From an uncultured archaeon (lineage in GTDB: Archaea > Asgardarchaeota > Thorarchaeia > Thorarchaeales > Thorarchaeaceae): DNA of 32,000 nucleotides. Below the pieces are notes generated by a model, which saw only the letters and a program-made list of their open reading frames with translations, was not told the origin of the DNA and did no database searches. A program made the translations under genes and the position numbers. How positions within the stretch are numbered: position 1 is the stretch's first letter; the number at the start of each line of letters is the position of its first letter. The stretch spans positions 270,001-302,000 of the forward strand of contig CAZYLT010000001.1 in NCBI GenBank assembly GCA_964648855.1. The letters run 5' to 3'. This document shows, piece after piece, positions 17,054 through 27,100 of the stretch.

Positions 17054-18643
17054 CTATTGCATTTCAATAGGCTCATATCCTTTCCGCAATATTGTATCAA
17101 CAGCTTGATTCCATTCCCGCTTGTAGTCTTTGTTGTAGTGTGCTCCTCGACATTCTTTTCGCATTCTGGCCATCTTGATAATCAATTCAGCCACGATTGC
17201 TATGTTTCGCAATTCAATCAAATCAGGCGTTATTATGAAATCCCAGTAGAATCTGTTGATTTCCTTCGTTAGCAATCCGATTCTATTTCTCGCCCGGATG
17301 AGTCTCTTTTGAGATCTGACTATGCCAACGTAGTTGACCATAATTCTTCGAATCTCATCCCAGAGATGCGAAATCACAACCAATTCATCCGGATCTGTTG
17401 CATGTCCAGGATCCCATTGAGGCATCCCTAGCCTTGGAATGGATTTTGACTCTTGCTTTATCGCTGCCAAGGATGCATTGTGAGCAAGAACTGCTGCCTC
17501 GAGTAGCGAGTTGGAAGCCAATCTATTTGCACCATGAAATCCGGTACACGCAACCTCGCCTATGGCGTATAGTCCTGCAATGTCTGTTTGTCCGTGGACG
17601 TTGGCCTTAATGCCTCCCATGATATAATGGGTAGCTGGCACGACAGGAATTGGTTCTTTTGTGATATCTATACCCGCTTCAAGGCAGGTCTCATAGATAT
17701 TTGGAAATCGATTCCTGACGAATTCTGCATTCTTAAAAGAAATATCAAGCCAAACATGGTCAGCACCAGTCTTCTTCAGCTCATTGTCAATTGCTCGTGC
17801 CACAATATCACGTGGCGCGAGCTCTGCATCAGGATGGTAATTTGGCATAAACCTGTGACCATCCAATCCAAGGAGTAATGCCCCCTCTCCGCGTAAGGCT
17901 TCAGATATCAAGAATGATCGAACCTTAGAATGATGGAGCAGAGTTGGATGAAACTGCACGAGCTCCATGTTCATTATTGAGGCACCACCACGATATGCCA
18001 TGGCAATACCGTCACCAGTTGCTACGTCAGAGTTGCTCGTATATAGAAAGACGCGTCCCGCACCCCCGGTCGCCAATACTGTCACTGGAGCTTGATAGCG
18101 CTCAACTTCTCCTGTATTATTGTCTAGGACATAGGCACCGTAAACACGATTGTTCTTGACATAGAGGTTTACTGCCATATGATTCTCGGAGATATTGATC
18201 GTGTCGCAGTTTTCAGCCGCATTCGCTAAGGCGTTTTCGATATCCTCGCCGGTATGATCTTTCACATGGAGAACTCTTCTATTGGAATGGCCGCCTTCAA
18301 GACCTAATTCATAATCTCCACTGCTATTCTTTGAAAACTCAACACCATATTCCTCAAGGTCCTGTATCCGGTCTGGGCCAGCACGTATCATGGCTTCGAC
18401 AACCTCTGGATGACAGAGTCCACCGCCCACTCTAATTGTGTCAGCGACATGTGATTCGAATGTATCTTCTGGAGAAACGACTGCGGCAATTCCACCTTGT
18501 GCACGCCGTGTGGATGAATCTCTCAATCGCCGCTTTGTAATTAAGTCGACCGTGCCGTGTTTTGCCACCTTCAAGGAAAATAGCAACCCGGCAAGCCCAC
18601 TGCCAATAACAAGAAAGTCAGATTTGTATACTTTTTCTGACAT
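17054..18643 (-). CDS. nadB: L-aspartate oxidase
   Basis: IGSGLAG, AQGGIA, LEGGHSNRRVLH, QFHPT, LISEALRGEG, ELAPRDIVAR, HYIMGGI and HGANRLASNSLLE motifs. Confidence 0.95.
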   Translation of the reverse strand: MSEKVYKSDFLVIGSGLAGLLFSLKVAKHGTVDLITKRRLRDSSTRRAQGGIAAVVSPEDTFESHVADTIRVGGGLCHPEVVEAMIRAGPDRIQDLEEYGVEFSKNSSGDYELGLEGGHSNRRVLHVKDHTGEDIENALANAAENCDTINISENHMAVNLYVKNNRVYGAYVLDNNTGEVERYQAPVTVLATGGAGRVFLYTSNSDVATGDGIAMAYRGGASIMNMELVQFHPTLLHHSKVRSFLISEALRGEGALLLGLDGHRFMPNYHPDAELAPRDIVARAIDNELKKTGADHVWLDISFKNAEFVRNRFPNIYETCLEAGIDITKEPIPVVPATHYIMGGIKANVHGQTDIAGLYAIGEVACTGFHGANRLASNSLLEAAVLAHNASLAAIKQESKSIPRLGMPQWDPGHATDPDELVVISHLWDEIRRIMVNYVGIVRSQKRLIRARNRIGLLTKEINRFYWDFIITPDLIELRNIAIVAELIIKMARMRKECRGAHYNKDYKREWNQAVDTILRKGYEPIEMQ

Positions 18644-18859
18644 GTATGATGACCCATAATTTTTGTAGTCGTCAGAAGAGAACAGTTTCTGAACGCCAAG
18701 GCCCCTCAGAGTTGATGTTACATATACAAGTTATGGAAGAAACGATTACTCCATTGGATATTTGTTCTATTATCTTAGACATTCAGGAAAGATTAGTAAC
18801 CGCGCCAAATGCAGCGCATGCAAGAGGCCTGTTTTCGCATAACCTAATAGGCGATAATC

Positions 18860-19753
18860 ATGAATATTGAAGGAATTGTAATCTTCGACGCGAGCAGCGG
18901 GATTCCTTTATACTCCAAATTGAATGAGGATATTGATTCATCTCTGTTTTCCAGCTTCGTTGCAGCTATTGGTCATTTCTCAAGAGAGCTGAAATTTGGA
19001 GGCTTATCTTCCTTCACCACCGAAGAGAAAATGATTTTCTTAGCAGCTAGGGATCAGACGATTACCGCACTAATCACTCCAAAAAGAAAGGAGTTTGACC
19101 GTGCCTATTCATTAGCCAATGAGCTAGGAAGGAAATTCGAAGACATGCGATTAGGTGGAGGTTCCCTTCAACCCGATGATTACAGTGAGTTCTCCCAAGT
19201 AGCAGAGTCATTTCTAAAGAGAATTCGTAATCCGTTTGTTTCCAGAGTTGCAGAATTCGTACATAACAAGTACGGAGGAGAAGTCTCAATCAATCCGCGA
19301 CTTCTGAAGAAATCGGGAACAGAAGGTATGATGGATATGACCGTCAATCTGGGCATTAGATACGACCCAGAAGAGAATGATGGCAACGGGCGAAGCGTCA
19401 CAGATGCTATGTCTGACAACTACATCTTCTGCAAACTGTCGGATGGCCGAATTAGCCGAGGTGAAATGATGGAATTTGTGGATTCTGTTGATGGTTTTGG
19501 AATCAGAGTGATGAAAAGGGGAAAACTCGAATTCAAACCGTATTATCCACGACGCGCTGTAGTCCTTGCAAGAGAATATACTCCTCAGGTCTTTGAGTAT
19601 TTAGAAAAGCTGCCAAGCAAAGATGGTCAGAAGTATATTGACGGAACACATGTTTTTGCAGGACTGAAACTCCGCGGCACTAGTCATAACACTGAGTGTT
19701 TTGTTGATGTGTGGAAATGGCATGATGAGGGCGAGCCAGAGAAGCTTGTGTGA
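18860..19753 (+). CDS. Longin-like domain protein with C-terminal restriction-endonuclease-like domain
   Basis: N-terminal IVIFDASSGIPLYS...SLFSSFVAAIGHFSREL is typical of Asgard longins. The C-terminal half has an Mrr-like pattern (VAEF..GGEVSIN..L..SG...D...IFCK). Confidence 0.7.
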   Translation: MNIEGIVIFDASSGIPLYSKLNEDIDSSLFSSFVAAIGHFSRELKFGGLSSFTTEEKMIFLAARDQTITALITPKRKEFDRAYSLANELGRKFEDMRLGGGSLQPDDYSEFSQVAESFLKRIRNPFVSRVAEFVHNKYGGEVSINPRLLKKSGTEGMMDMTVNLGIRYDPEENDGNGRSVTDAMSDNYIFCKLSDGRISRGEMMEFVDSVDGFGIRVMKRGKLEFKPYYPRRAVVLAREYTPQVFEYLEKLPSKDGQKYIDGTHVFAGLKLRGTSHNTECFVDVWKWHDEGEPEKLV

Positions 19754-19769
19754 GCATGATTTACAGGTT

Positions 19770-21404
19770 TTAGGATTCTGACATATAGTCATACACGAAG
19801 TCTTTTGGTGGAACGAAATTCTCCTTTATGGATCGAGGTGATAGCCAACGTAGCAGGTTCAGTATGCTACCTGCCTTGTCATTTGTTCCAGAACGTCTTG
19901 CACCACCAAATGGCTGTCTGCCTACAACGGCCCCCGTTGGTTTATCATTTATGTAGAAGTTCCCTGCCGCATATCTCAAGATACTACTCGCCTTTACAAT
20001 AGCATCCCGGTCGGTAGCAAAGATTGAACCCGTCAATCCATAGGGAGAAGTCTCATCACATAGATGCAAGGTCTTTTCATATTCATCATCCTCATATACA
20101 TAGAGTGTCAGAATGGGCCCGAAAATTTCCTCCTTCATTAGCTTGGATTTTGGGTTGCTTGTTAATACTACAGTTGGCTCAATAAAGTAGCCAGTTGACG
20201 GGTTGGCACTTCCACCAGAGAGAATCTCCAACTCATCAGACTCTTTTGCGAAGTCGATATACTTGGTTATGGAGTTGAAGGCCGCCTTGTCAATTACAGC
20301 ATTCATGAAATTGGTGAAGTCCTCAACATCGCCCATTTTAATTCGTTGAATATCATCGAGCAGCTGTTTTCGTACATCAGGCCACAGTGATTGGGGAATG
20401 TATGCACGGGATGCAGCAGAGCATTTCTGACCCTGATACTCGAAGGCACCTCTAACTAAGGCTGCAACCAGCTCATCAATCTTCGCGCTCTTGTGAACAA
20501 AAATAAAGTCCTTGCCGCCTGTTTCTCCAACAAGTCGTGGATAATTCCTGTATTTCTCAATATTCTCTGCAACTTGCTTCCATAGAGTAATGAACGTTGG
20601 TGTGCTTCCGGTGAAATGAATTCCAGCCAAGTTTGGATTGTTGATGACAGCATCTCCGATTCGGCTGCCAGGACCTGGAATGAAATTAATGACGCCCTTA
20701 GCTAGACCAGCCTCCATGAATATCTTCATGAGATGATAGGCAACGTAGACTGCTCGGGAAGGGGGTTTCCATACAACCACGTTCCCCATCATGGCGGGGG
20801 CTGTAGGTAGATTGCCAATTATGGAAATGAAATTGAACGGGCATACTGCAAAGACAAAGCCCTCTAATGGACGATATTCTAGACGGTCCCATTCCCCTCT
20901 TGTGGAGTTAACTTGCATCCGATATATTTCTTGCATATAATAGGCATTGAAGCGTAGGAAGTCAACGAGCTCATTTGCCCCATCGATTTCTGCCTGATAG
21001 ATATTCTTGCTCTGATCCAGCATTGAAGCAGCATTGACTGTTTGGCGGTACGGCCCTGCCAAGAGTTCTGCGGCCTTCAGAAATATTGCAGCACGGTCGT
21101 ACCATGGTGTTGTAGACCATTTATTCTCCGCATCTAGTGCAGCGTCTATTGCGGCTGACGCCTCCTCAGGACCAGCATTGTGATAGTTAGCAAGAATCAG
21201 CTCATGATTATGTGGCGCGAATGATTTCCGGGTGTTTCCGGTTCGTACTTCTTTGCCACCAATAATCAATGGAATGTCTAGTTTCGTCGCCTTCATTTCA
21301 GCGATTCTTTGCTTCAGTTCGTCTCTCTCAGGACTACCTGGCTCATAACCCAATGTTGGCTCATTCTCAGGTTTCGGTATATGGAATTTAGTTCCAGTCG
21401 CCAT
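19770..21404 (-). CDS. pruA: Delta-1-pyrroline-5-carboxylate dehydrogenase
   Basis: NEP...YEPGSPER, QAEID, PFNF, FTGST, ETGGKDF, FEYQGQKCSA, EEIFGP and YINDKPTGAVVG.QPFGG motifs. Confidence 0.95.
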   Translation of the reverse strand: MATGTKFHIPKPENEPTLGYEPGSPERDELKQRIAEMKATKLDIPLIIGGKEVRTGNTRKSFAPHNHELILANYHNAGPEEASAAIDAALDAENKWSTTPWYDRAAIFLKAAELLAGPYRQTVNAASMLDQSKNIYQAEIDGANELVDFLRFNAYYMQEIYRMQVNSTRGEWDRLEYRPLEGFVFAVCPFNFISIIGNLPTAPAMMGNVVVWKPPSRAVYVAYHLMKIFMEAGLAKGVINFIPGPGSRIGDAVINNPNLAGIHFTGSTPTFITLWKQVAENIEKYRNYPRLVGETGGKDFIFVHKSAKIDELVAALVRGAFEYQGQKCSAASRAYIPQSLWPDVRKQLLDDIQRIKMGDVEDFTNFMNAVIDKAAFNSITKYIDFAKESDELEILSGGSANPSTGYFIEPTVVLTSNPKSKLMKEEIFGPILTLYVYEDDEYEKTLHLCDETSPYGLTGSIFATDRDAIVKASSILRYAAGNFYINDKPTGAVVGRQPFGGARRSGTNDKAGSILNLLRWLSPRSIKENFVPPKDFVYDYMSES

Positions 21405-21704
21405 CGGTCCGCCTCAATCCTTTAACTATCGTTAAAATATGTTCCTTTCAATATAAGCGTTGAGATTCATATGCAGAGCAATCTTTGTATACATGCGATT
21501 GGCACGCAGCAATGCATGATGTCCAAATTGAAAACCAAGGAGTGTCCGCGGGAAATGTCTTCTCAGTAAGGAATCATCACACAATCCATCTGGCTCAGGC
21601 ATAAGAAAACACAATCTTCAAAAGGTGCCATTTGACCGCCGCTGAATTATAGTTTCTGGGTATTAGACAAGCGACTCTACAACTTGCATAGGCGGCTATT
21701 TAGG

Positions 21705-23030
21705 TTGCAAACTCAATCGGACAAAAAAGGGGAAACGTTTGATAGACGACTCGGTCTGGCGGGCGCAGTAAACATTGGACTTGGGGCAATTCTTGGTGGA
21801 GGAATATATGTGATATCAGGAGTTGCTGCAGGTATTGTAGGGCCTTCAATCATCCTAGCGTTTTTCATTACTGGAGTAATGACCCTCTTTTCAGCAGTGA
21901 ATTACTCAGAACTTGCAGCTTCTATCCCCAAAGAGGGGGGTGGCTACACCTACGTGAACGACACATGTGGAGGGTCCTTGGGTTTCTTAACAGGTTGGTT
22001 CTTATTCATAGGAAGTCTGGTCGGATGTGGAGTATACGCAATGGGAGTCGCGCATACTCTAGCTGTTTTCATTCCAGGAAGCACAGAGGCAACAATTGGA
22101 TTGATAGCTATATGTGTCATCTTTATCACCTTCGTCACAAATGTCATCAGCATAGGAGGGGTCAATGGCGCACTCAGCCTTCTAAATATTGTACAGGTTG
22201 TCGTTCTAATCTCATTCATATTCGCTGGACTTTTTTTTGTACAACCCGCCAATATTGAACCATTCTTCAAACCGGGTACAACACTTATCACTTTCATGGA
22301 GGCGGTAAGCTTCCTGTACATTAGTTTCGTAGGACTGGAATTGATTACCACTGTTGGTGAAGAAATCAAAGACCCAACCAAGAACATTCCTCGGGCAGTC
22401 CTTCTTACACTTGTCGTCGCAACAGCTATCTATATGGCTGCCTCTCTTGTCATAGTTGGTGTTGTATCGTATACCGAAGTCCAAGATACATACACACCAA
22501 TTGCATATGTCTACGATGTGATGCTGGGGCCAGGCGCCTTTGCCCTTGGATTGGTCGGCATGGCGGCTTCAAACTATGCTGCGCTGAATGCTACATTCCT
22601 CGCTGCAACAAGAGTGGCCTACTCCCTGGGCCGTGATTGTTACTTCCCGAGTGTTCTTGACAGAGTAAATCCGAAATCCAAAACCCCGCTTCCAGCATTG
22701 GTACTAACTCTAATTCTGGTCTGTGTATTTGCCGCATCAGGAAATGTCGTCTATGTGGTTGGACTCTCGAATTTTGGCTATCTGGTTGGCCTAGCAATCG
22801 TAAACGCGTCTGTCATTGTCTTGAGAACCAAAGGCCTCAGCGTTCCTGGAACCTTCAGAGCGAGATTCTATCCTGTCATTCCAATCTTGGGGGTGGTTAC
22901 ATGTCTCCTCTTGATTCCATTCCTGAGTGTCCAATCGCTTATTTCTGGAGGGGGGTTGGCGGTCATTGGTCTACTCATATACGTTGTATATGGAAAGAGA
23001 AAGAGACGGACCCGAAATGTCACTAAATGA
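21705..23030 (+). CDS. APC-family amino acid permease
   Basis: GAILGGGIY, YSELAASIPKEGGGY and SFVGLE...GEEIKDP.KNIPRA motifs with ~12 TM segments. Start is TTG 21705 or 21684. Confidence 0.92.
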   Translation: MQTQSDKKGETFDRRLGLAGAVNIGLGAILGGGIYVISGVAAGIVGPSIILAFFITGVMTLFSAVNYSELAASIPKEGGGYTYVNDTCGGSLGFLTGWFLFIGSLVGCGVYAMGVAHTLAVFIPGSTEATIGLIAICVIFITFVTNVISIGGVNGALSLLNIVQVVVLISFIFAGLFFVQPANIEPFFKPGTTLITFMEAVSFLYISFVGLELITTVGEEIKDPTKNIPRAVLLTLVVATAIYMAASLVIVGVVSYTEVQDTYTPIAYVYDVMLGPGAFALGLVGMAASNYAALNATFLAATRVAYSLGRDCYFPSVLDRVNPKSKTPLPALVLTLILVCVFAASGNVVYVVGLSNFGYLVGLAIVNASVIVLRTKGLSVPGTFRARFYPVIPILGVVTCLLLIPFLSVQSLISGGGLAVIGLLIYVVYGKRKRRTRNVTK

Positions 23031-23372
23031 GCAGGTGACAAGACTACTCAGAGCTTCTCTGGACACTTCTAATCCTAGCAAATGTGCTTAAAGAGCAGTC
23101 AAGATTCGTCTAGTGACAGTCACCACTTATGCACAACCACATAGTAGCTAAGATAGAAGTCCAGGCACTCCCATTCAAAACTCTCCGTACCACGATACAT
23201 CGCCCACGAATACGTTGCTTGTTAGAGGGTTGTGAAAGATGAGGGGGGAGGACGCATGACCCAATATGGAGTATAGCTATGATATCGTACAGCTCTCATG
23301 GAGGCCAGCATTAGACAATGTCTATTTGGTTTCAAGAGTGAGACCGCAGCACGATCTGCTAAGTCGTTTCAA

Positions 23373-25700
23373 TTAGATTCTATGGTAGGCCAGCACAACT
23401 GACTCACTGAAAGGCACCATTCGAATTAAATGACCCTCTTCATTCCGCTCAATGACACCGCCACCGTATGCTTTGATCATTTTTAGTGGAAAATGCGATG
23501 GGACGCTGAACTCTATTTCTTCAGGAAGCTGGTCCATGGTAATCTCAATCTGATGTTGATTGGCAGATGGGGCGAATTCAATTCCAATTGGCCCAAAGGC
23601 ACTCGGGATTCCCTTCACAATGAGAGGCATATCAGTTGTAAACCACTCTTCTGGAATGCCCTGAGCAACAACTAAGTTATTTCCACGTTCTACTAGTAGC
23701 ATTTCTCTGACTAGAATTATCATATCTCGAGCAGCCTGTATGCTGCATCCGCTACCTAACCCACCATTTCTTGTATCTAGGTTTATGGTTTCTGGAAGAA
23801 AGCCATAGGAGCTTCTGTGCTTGAGAATCCAATTGAAAATGTGTTCTGCAAGGTCTCTTTTCCCATGTAATGCAAAGAAATGCCCAAGATGCAATGATAG
23901 ATAAGATGTGACTTGTTTAGATTCAGAGGAGGGGCGAAACAACCCGCGGAAGATATGTTCTTTCTCCAAGTACATTCCCAGACTCATTATATTCTGAATG
24001 TCAAGAGTATAATCTCTCAGTAGTGTTGCTACTCCAAGCAAGTCCAAAGCATGACGAGCTTCCTTTGCTGAGGAGATGCTTTCAGACCAATTCCCAGCAA
24101 GTAGGTCCTTTTCTGCATCTTGTAGTAGTCGTCTAATTGACTCTTGAACCGACATTAGTTTGTCTTCATTCAAATTAGTCTTTTCAGAGCCCGCATTGAT
24201 TGCTATATCAGCGAATCGCAGTATGAGTAGGAGAATCGTCAAATCCGAGAAGGTGAGCTCTCGTCTAAACGAATCATAAGCACAGAACTCATCGGAAGAT
24301 GGTATGCGAGCAAGTTCTACAGAAACTGTATCGATATCAGTTCTCTGATATTCGGGTAGGTGTTTATCACGAGCACCATATTCCAAATCGAATGCACGGA
24401 TAATGTCAGAAGCATGAGCCCTCAGTAACTGCTCTAGGACATCCTCATACTCTGCACGGAAGTGCGAATCGATTTTGGCTGTCTCGGAGAATGCCCAGAT
24501 AATAGGAAGAACCGACTCTATATCTGCAATCTCGAATATTTTCTTCGCTAGGATTTCTTTTTCCAAGATTTGTGAGCAACCACATCTCGATAGGGCAACA
24601 ATAGTTCTAGCAAGGTCAAGCGTATTGGAAGGGGTAGGCTGTTCTAGGCCATTTAATATCGCCGATTTTGCCTGGATTACCAAACTCGCCTTTGCCTGGG
24701 CAAGAGTTTGGGTTATGGCTTCTGTTGGATATGTTCCTGCCAGCTTATTCCCTGAAAACTCAAACCATTTCATAACAGCCTGATCTCTAGATTTCACACT
24801 AAGATTAGGTGGAAGAAAATCTGATCCAACCTCAATAGGAGATAAGGGAGTGGCAAAGAACAGAGACCTTCGCTCTGCTGGCTTCAATTCTATTTCAAAT
24901 TTCATTATTGCCGTAGCAAGCCCTCTCGTGGTGTTGAAAGAAGTATCTCTTCTAACCGTGTCATTCATGGCATTATCTATGAGATTAGGGTTGTCTGCAG
25001 TGGACATGACTAATCCATTAGGGAAAGAATCAGATATCAAAGCCAATAGACCATCAACATAGAGATGATTCTTACTTGCGTCAAAATCAATCCGCTCTAT
25101 TGGGAGAATACCTAGCTGATCGAATGGCCGTGCTGCAACAAAAAATGTGAAGCTAGTCGGCTCCAAGGATATATTCTTGAGATGTATTTCATTGAACACA
25201 AATTCTTGATTCTTATTTTCCGTGTAGTAGACTAATCTCTGTAGGATAACAGATCTTCGAGAACGGTTCATCTCATAGATTTGATCCTCGGGAGATAGGA
25301 TTTTGATGTGCTCCTCTGTCACTTCAGTGCTGGGAATACAAAGTCCTTCATCGTCAAGAAACCAGAAATCTATGGATCCAATGTCATAGGAGGTGGAAAT
25401 GACACCGGCAGAGTCCATGGTTGCGTAATTGTCCGAACCAACACCACCCACCACAATCGTGTTGTTATTTTCATTGTTATATAAAAGAGGGGTTTCATCC
25501 TCCATCTTTGTATCTTCTGAGAGCAATATCCATCGCGGGAGCATCCACTCTTCAGCCCGAGCATGAAACTTTGCTGTAAGGGCAGCACGGAGTATCCGTA
25601 ACTCTTCCATCGGATTGGCGAAGTCACAATCTATTGCTACACGGTTGAATTTGGCATTGCGTCTGAACCGTTGAACAAGTGATTGAGTTCGATTCTTCAA
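23373..25700 (-). CDS. Large glycoside-hydrolase-like protein (probable six-hairpin fold, degenerate)
   Basis: Beta-rich N-domain, helical middle, and a C-terminal MLLVE....LVVAQGIPEEWF....VKGIPSAFGPI segment typical of six-hairpin glycosidase C-termini. GAGGT RBS favours TTG 25700 over the track start 25850. Confidence 0.55.
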   Translation of the reverse strand: MKNRTQSLVQRFRRNAKFNRVAIDCDFANPMEELRILRAALTAKFHARAEEWMLPRWILLSEDTKMEDETPLLYNNENNNTIVVGGVGSDNYATMDSAGVISTSYDIGSIDFWFLDDEGLCIPSTEVTEEHIKILSPEDQIYEMNRSRRSVILQRLVYYTENKNQEFVFNEIHLKNISLEPTSFTFFVAARPFDQLGILPIERIDFDASKNHLYVDGLLALISDSFPNGLVMSTADNPNLIDNAMNDTVRRDTSFNTTRGLATAIMKFEIELKPAERRSLFFATPLSPIEVGSDFLPPNLSVKSRDQAVMKWFEFSGNKLAGTYPTEAITQTLAQAKASLVIQAKSAILNGLEQPTPSNTLDLARTIVALSRCGCSQILEKEILAKKIFEIADIESVLPIIWAFSETAKIDSHFRAEYEDVLEQLLRAHASDIIRAFDLEYGARDKHLPEYQRTDIDTVSVELARIPSSDEFCAYDSFRRELTFSDLTILLLILRFADIAINAGSEKTNLNEDKLMSVQESIRRLLQDAEKDLLAGNWSESISSAKEARHALDLLGVATLLRDYTLDIQNIMSLGMYLEKEHIFRGLFRPSSESKQVTSYLSLHLGHFFALHGKRDLAEHIFNWILKHRSSYGFLPETINLDTRNGGLGSGCSIQAARDMIILVREMLLVERGNNLVVAQGIPEEWFTTDMPLIVKGIPSAFGPIGIEFAPSANQHQIEITMDQLPEEIEFSVPSHFPLKMIKAYGGGVIERNEEGHLIRMVPFSESVVLAYHRI

Positions 25701-25906
25701 CTTCAATACCTCGGTAACAATGATGGCGTGAATTATCAAGCTGCAGTATACGAAGTGGTATTTATGTTTCATTCGGGTGAACAAAGATATCCGGCGAGTT
25801 TTGACCTCCTGCCAAAGATTAATAGGATTTGAACAAGGCATTCTCAGCAAGCAAGCCCAAGTTATCAGTGAAAGTAAAAAGACAGGATAGATAAAAGACC
25901 TAGGAG

Positions 25907-27100
25907 ATGAGGAATTTGGCGGAAGTTGTCACGAAACCATCAAGACGGATTACGAATATGATTGCCAAGGAGCTGCGTTTGATTGTGAAGGACAAGGTCG
26001 CGCTGTTCTTAGTCTTTCTCCTACCCGCCGCACTCATCGGTATGTTATACTGGACAACCAATCAGGGTTCTTTCGGAGGATTTCAAGGTGGTGGTGGCGA
26101 GGATGGCACTGACGCCACAAATACTACAGATACTAGTGGGTTTCAAAGCGATTTAGTATTGGGTCTCATTGATAGGGATACAACAACATCATATCCTGGT
26201 CAAGACCTATCTGAAAATTTCACGGGTTACCTGCGAAAATTCACAAAAGAATTGATTATGTATAACGATAGTGACCAAGCCTGGCAGGATCTGTATGAGG
26301 AAAGAATAGCAGGCTATATTGTCATTCCGGATGGTTTTGAAAGGAACTTAACTGAAAATAGCCCCACCTACGTAGAGGTCCATGTTGATGCGACAGACTT
26401 CTTTGCTGAGTCTCAAATACAAGGTGTTGTGCAAGGGGCTACAGTAGTCTTTCGTGCCTCAAAAATGTGGATTAAATCAGAAGTCTTTCCGTCTGTAGTT
26501 ATTGAATTCACTCCGGAGGGAAACTATCTGGATACTTCATTTGGAGGATTCATTGTAATCTTCTCAAGCTATCTTGGCATCGCGATGACAGCCGCTCAGT
26601 CTATTGTTGGCGATGTACCCCTAAGGAGAATGCTACTCACTCCAACTAATCGGCTAGAAGTAATAGTAGCGAAGGTTATGGGCTATGTCATAATTGGTTT
26701 CTTCCAATCCCTTCTTCTCATTACTCTCTGGATTGTGGCCTTTGGCCTCAGCCTAAATACAGGATTTCTGTCACTAGTGGTGATTATGAGCCTGACTTCG
26801 CTGACTGGGTCGACCACCGGAATATTGATTTCTGCAATTGCAGACACGAGACTCCAAGCCAATCAGATGTTCTTGTTTGTGTTGTTTGGTTCTGTAATTC
26901 TATCTGGATTCTTTATTGACGTGGGCTTCCTTGACGAGATTTTGCCCTTAAATCAGGGTCTGCGGCTTCTTATTGATACGGCATTTAAAGGATTGAACTT
27001 GCTTGATGTCATTGACAAGGTACTGAAGCTGTTTGCATTTTCTGCTGCAGCAATCCTACTGGCGACCTTTGTATATGCCAAGAAGCCAACGCTAGGTTAG
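25907..27100 (+). CDS. ABC-2 type transporter permease
   Basis: KELRLIVKDK..LFLVFLLP, extracellular domain with IVIPDGF, LRRMLLTP....IVAK and 6 TM segments. Alternative start TTG 25916. Confidence 0.9.
   Translation: MRNLAEVVTKPSRRITNMIAKELRLIVKDKVALFLVFLLPAALIGMLYWTTNQGSFGGFQGGGGEDGTDATNTTDTSGFQSDLVLGLIDRDTTTSYPGQDLSENFTGYLRKFTKELIMYNDSDQAWQDLYEERIAGYIVIPDGFERNLTENSPTYVEVHVDATDFFAESQIQGVVQGATVVFRASKMWIKSEVFPSVVIEFTPEGNYLDTSFGGFIVIFSSYLGIAMTAAQSIVGDVPLRRMLLTPTNRLEVIVAKVMGYVIIGFFQSLLLITLWIVAFGLSLNTGFLSLVVIMSLTSLTGSTTGILISAIADTRLQANQMFLFVLFGSVILSGFFIDVGFLDEILPLNQGLRLLIDTAFKGLNLLDVIDKVLKLFAFSAAAILLATFVYAKKPTLG

Noticed and set aside
18646-18870. 74-aa ORF between nadB and the longin gene
   Set aside because: It spans the divergent promoter region and has no recognisable features.
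23031-23372. Possible small gene in the permease/glycosidase gap
   Set aside because: Only a 26-codon minus-strand frame (MYRGTESFEW...) with no RBS or motif support.
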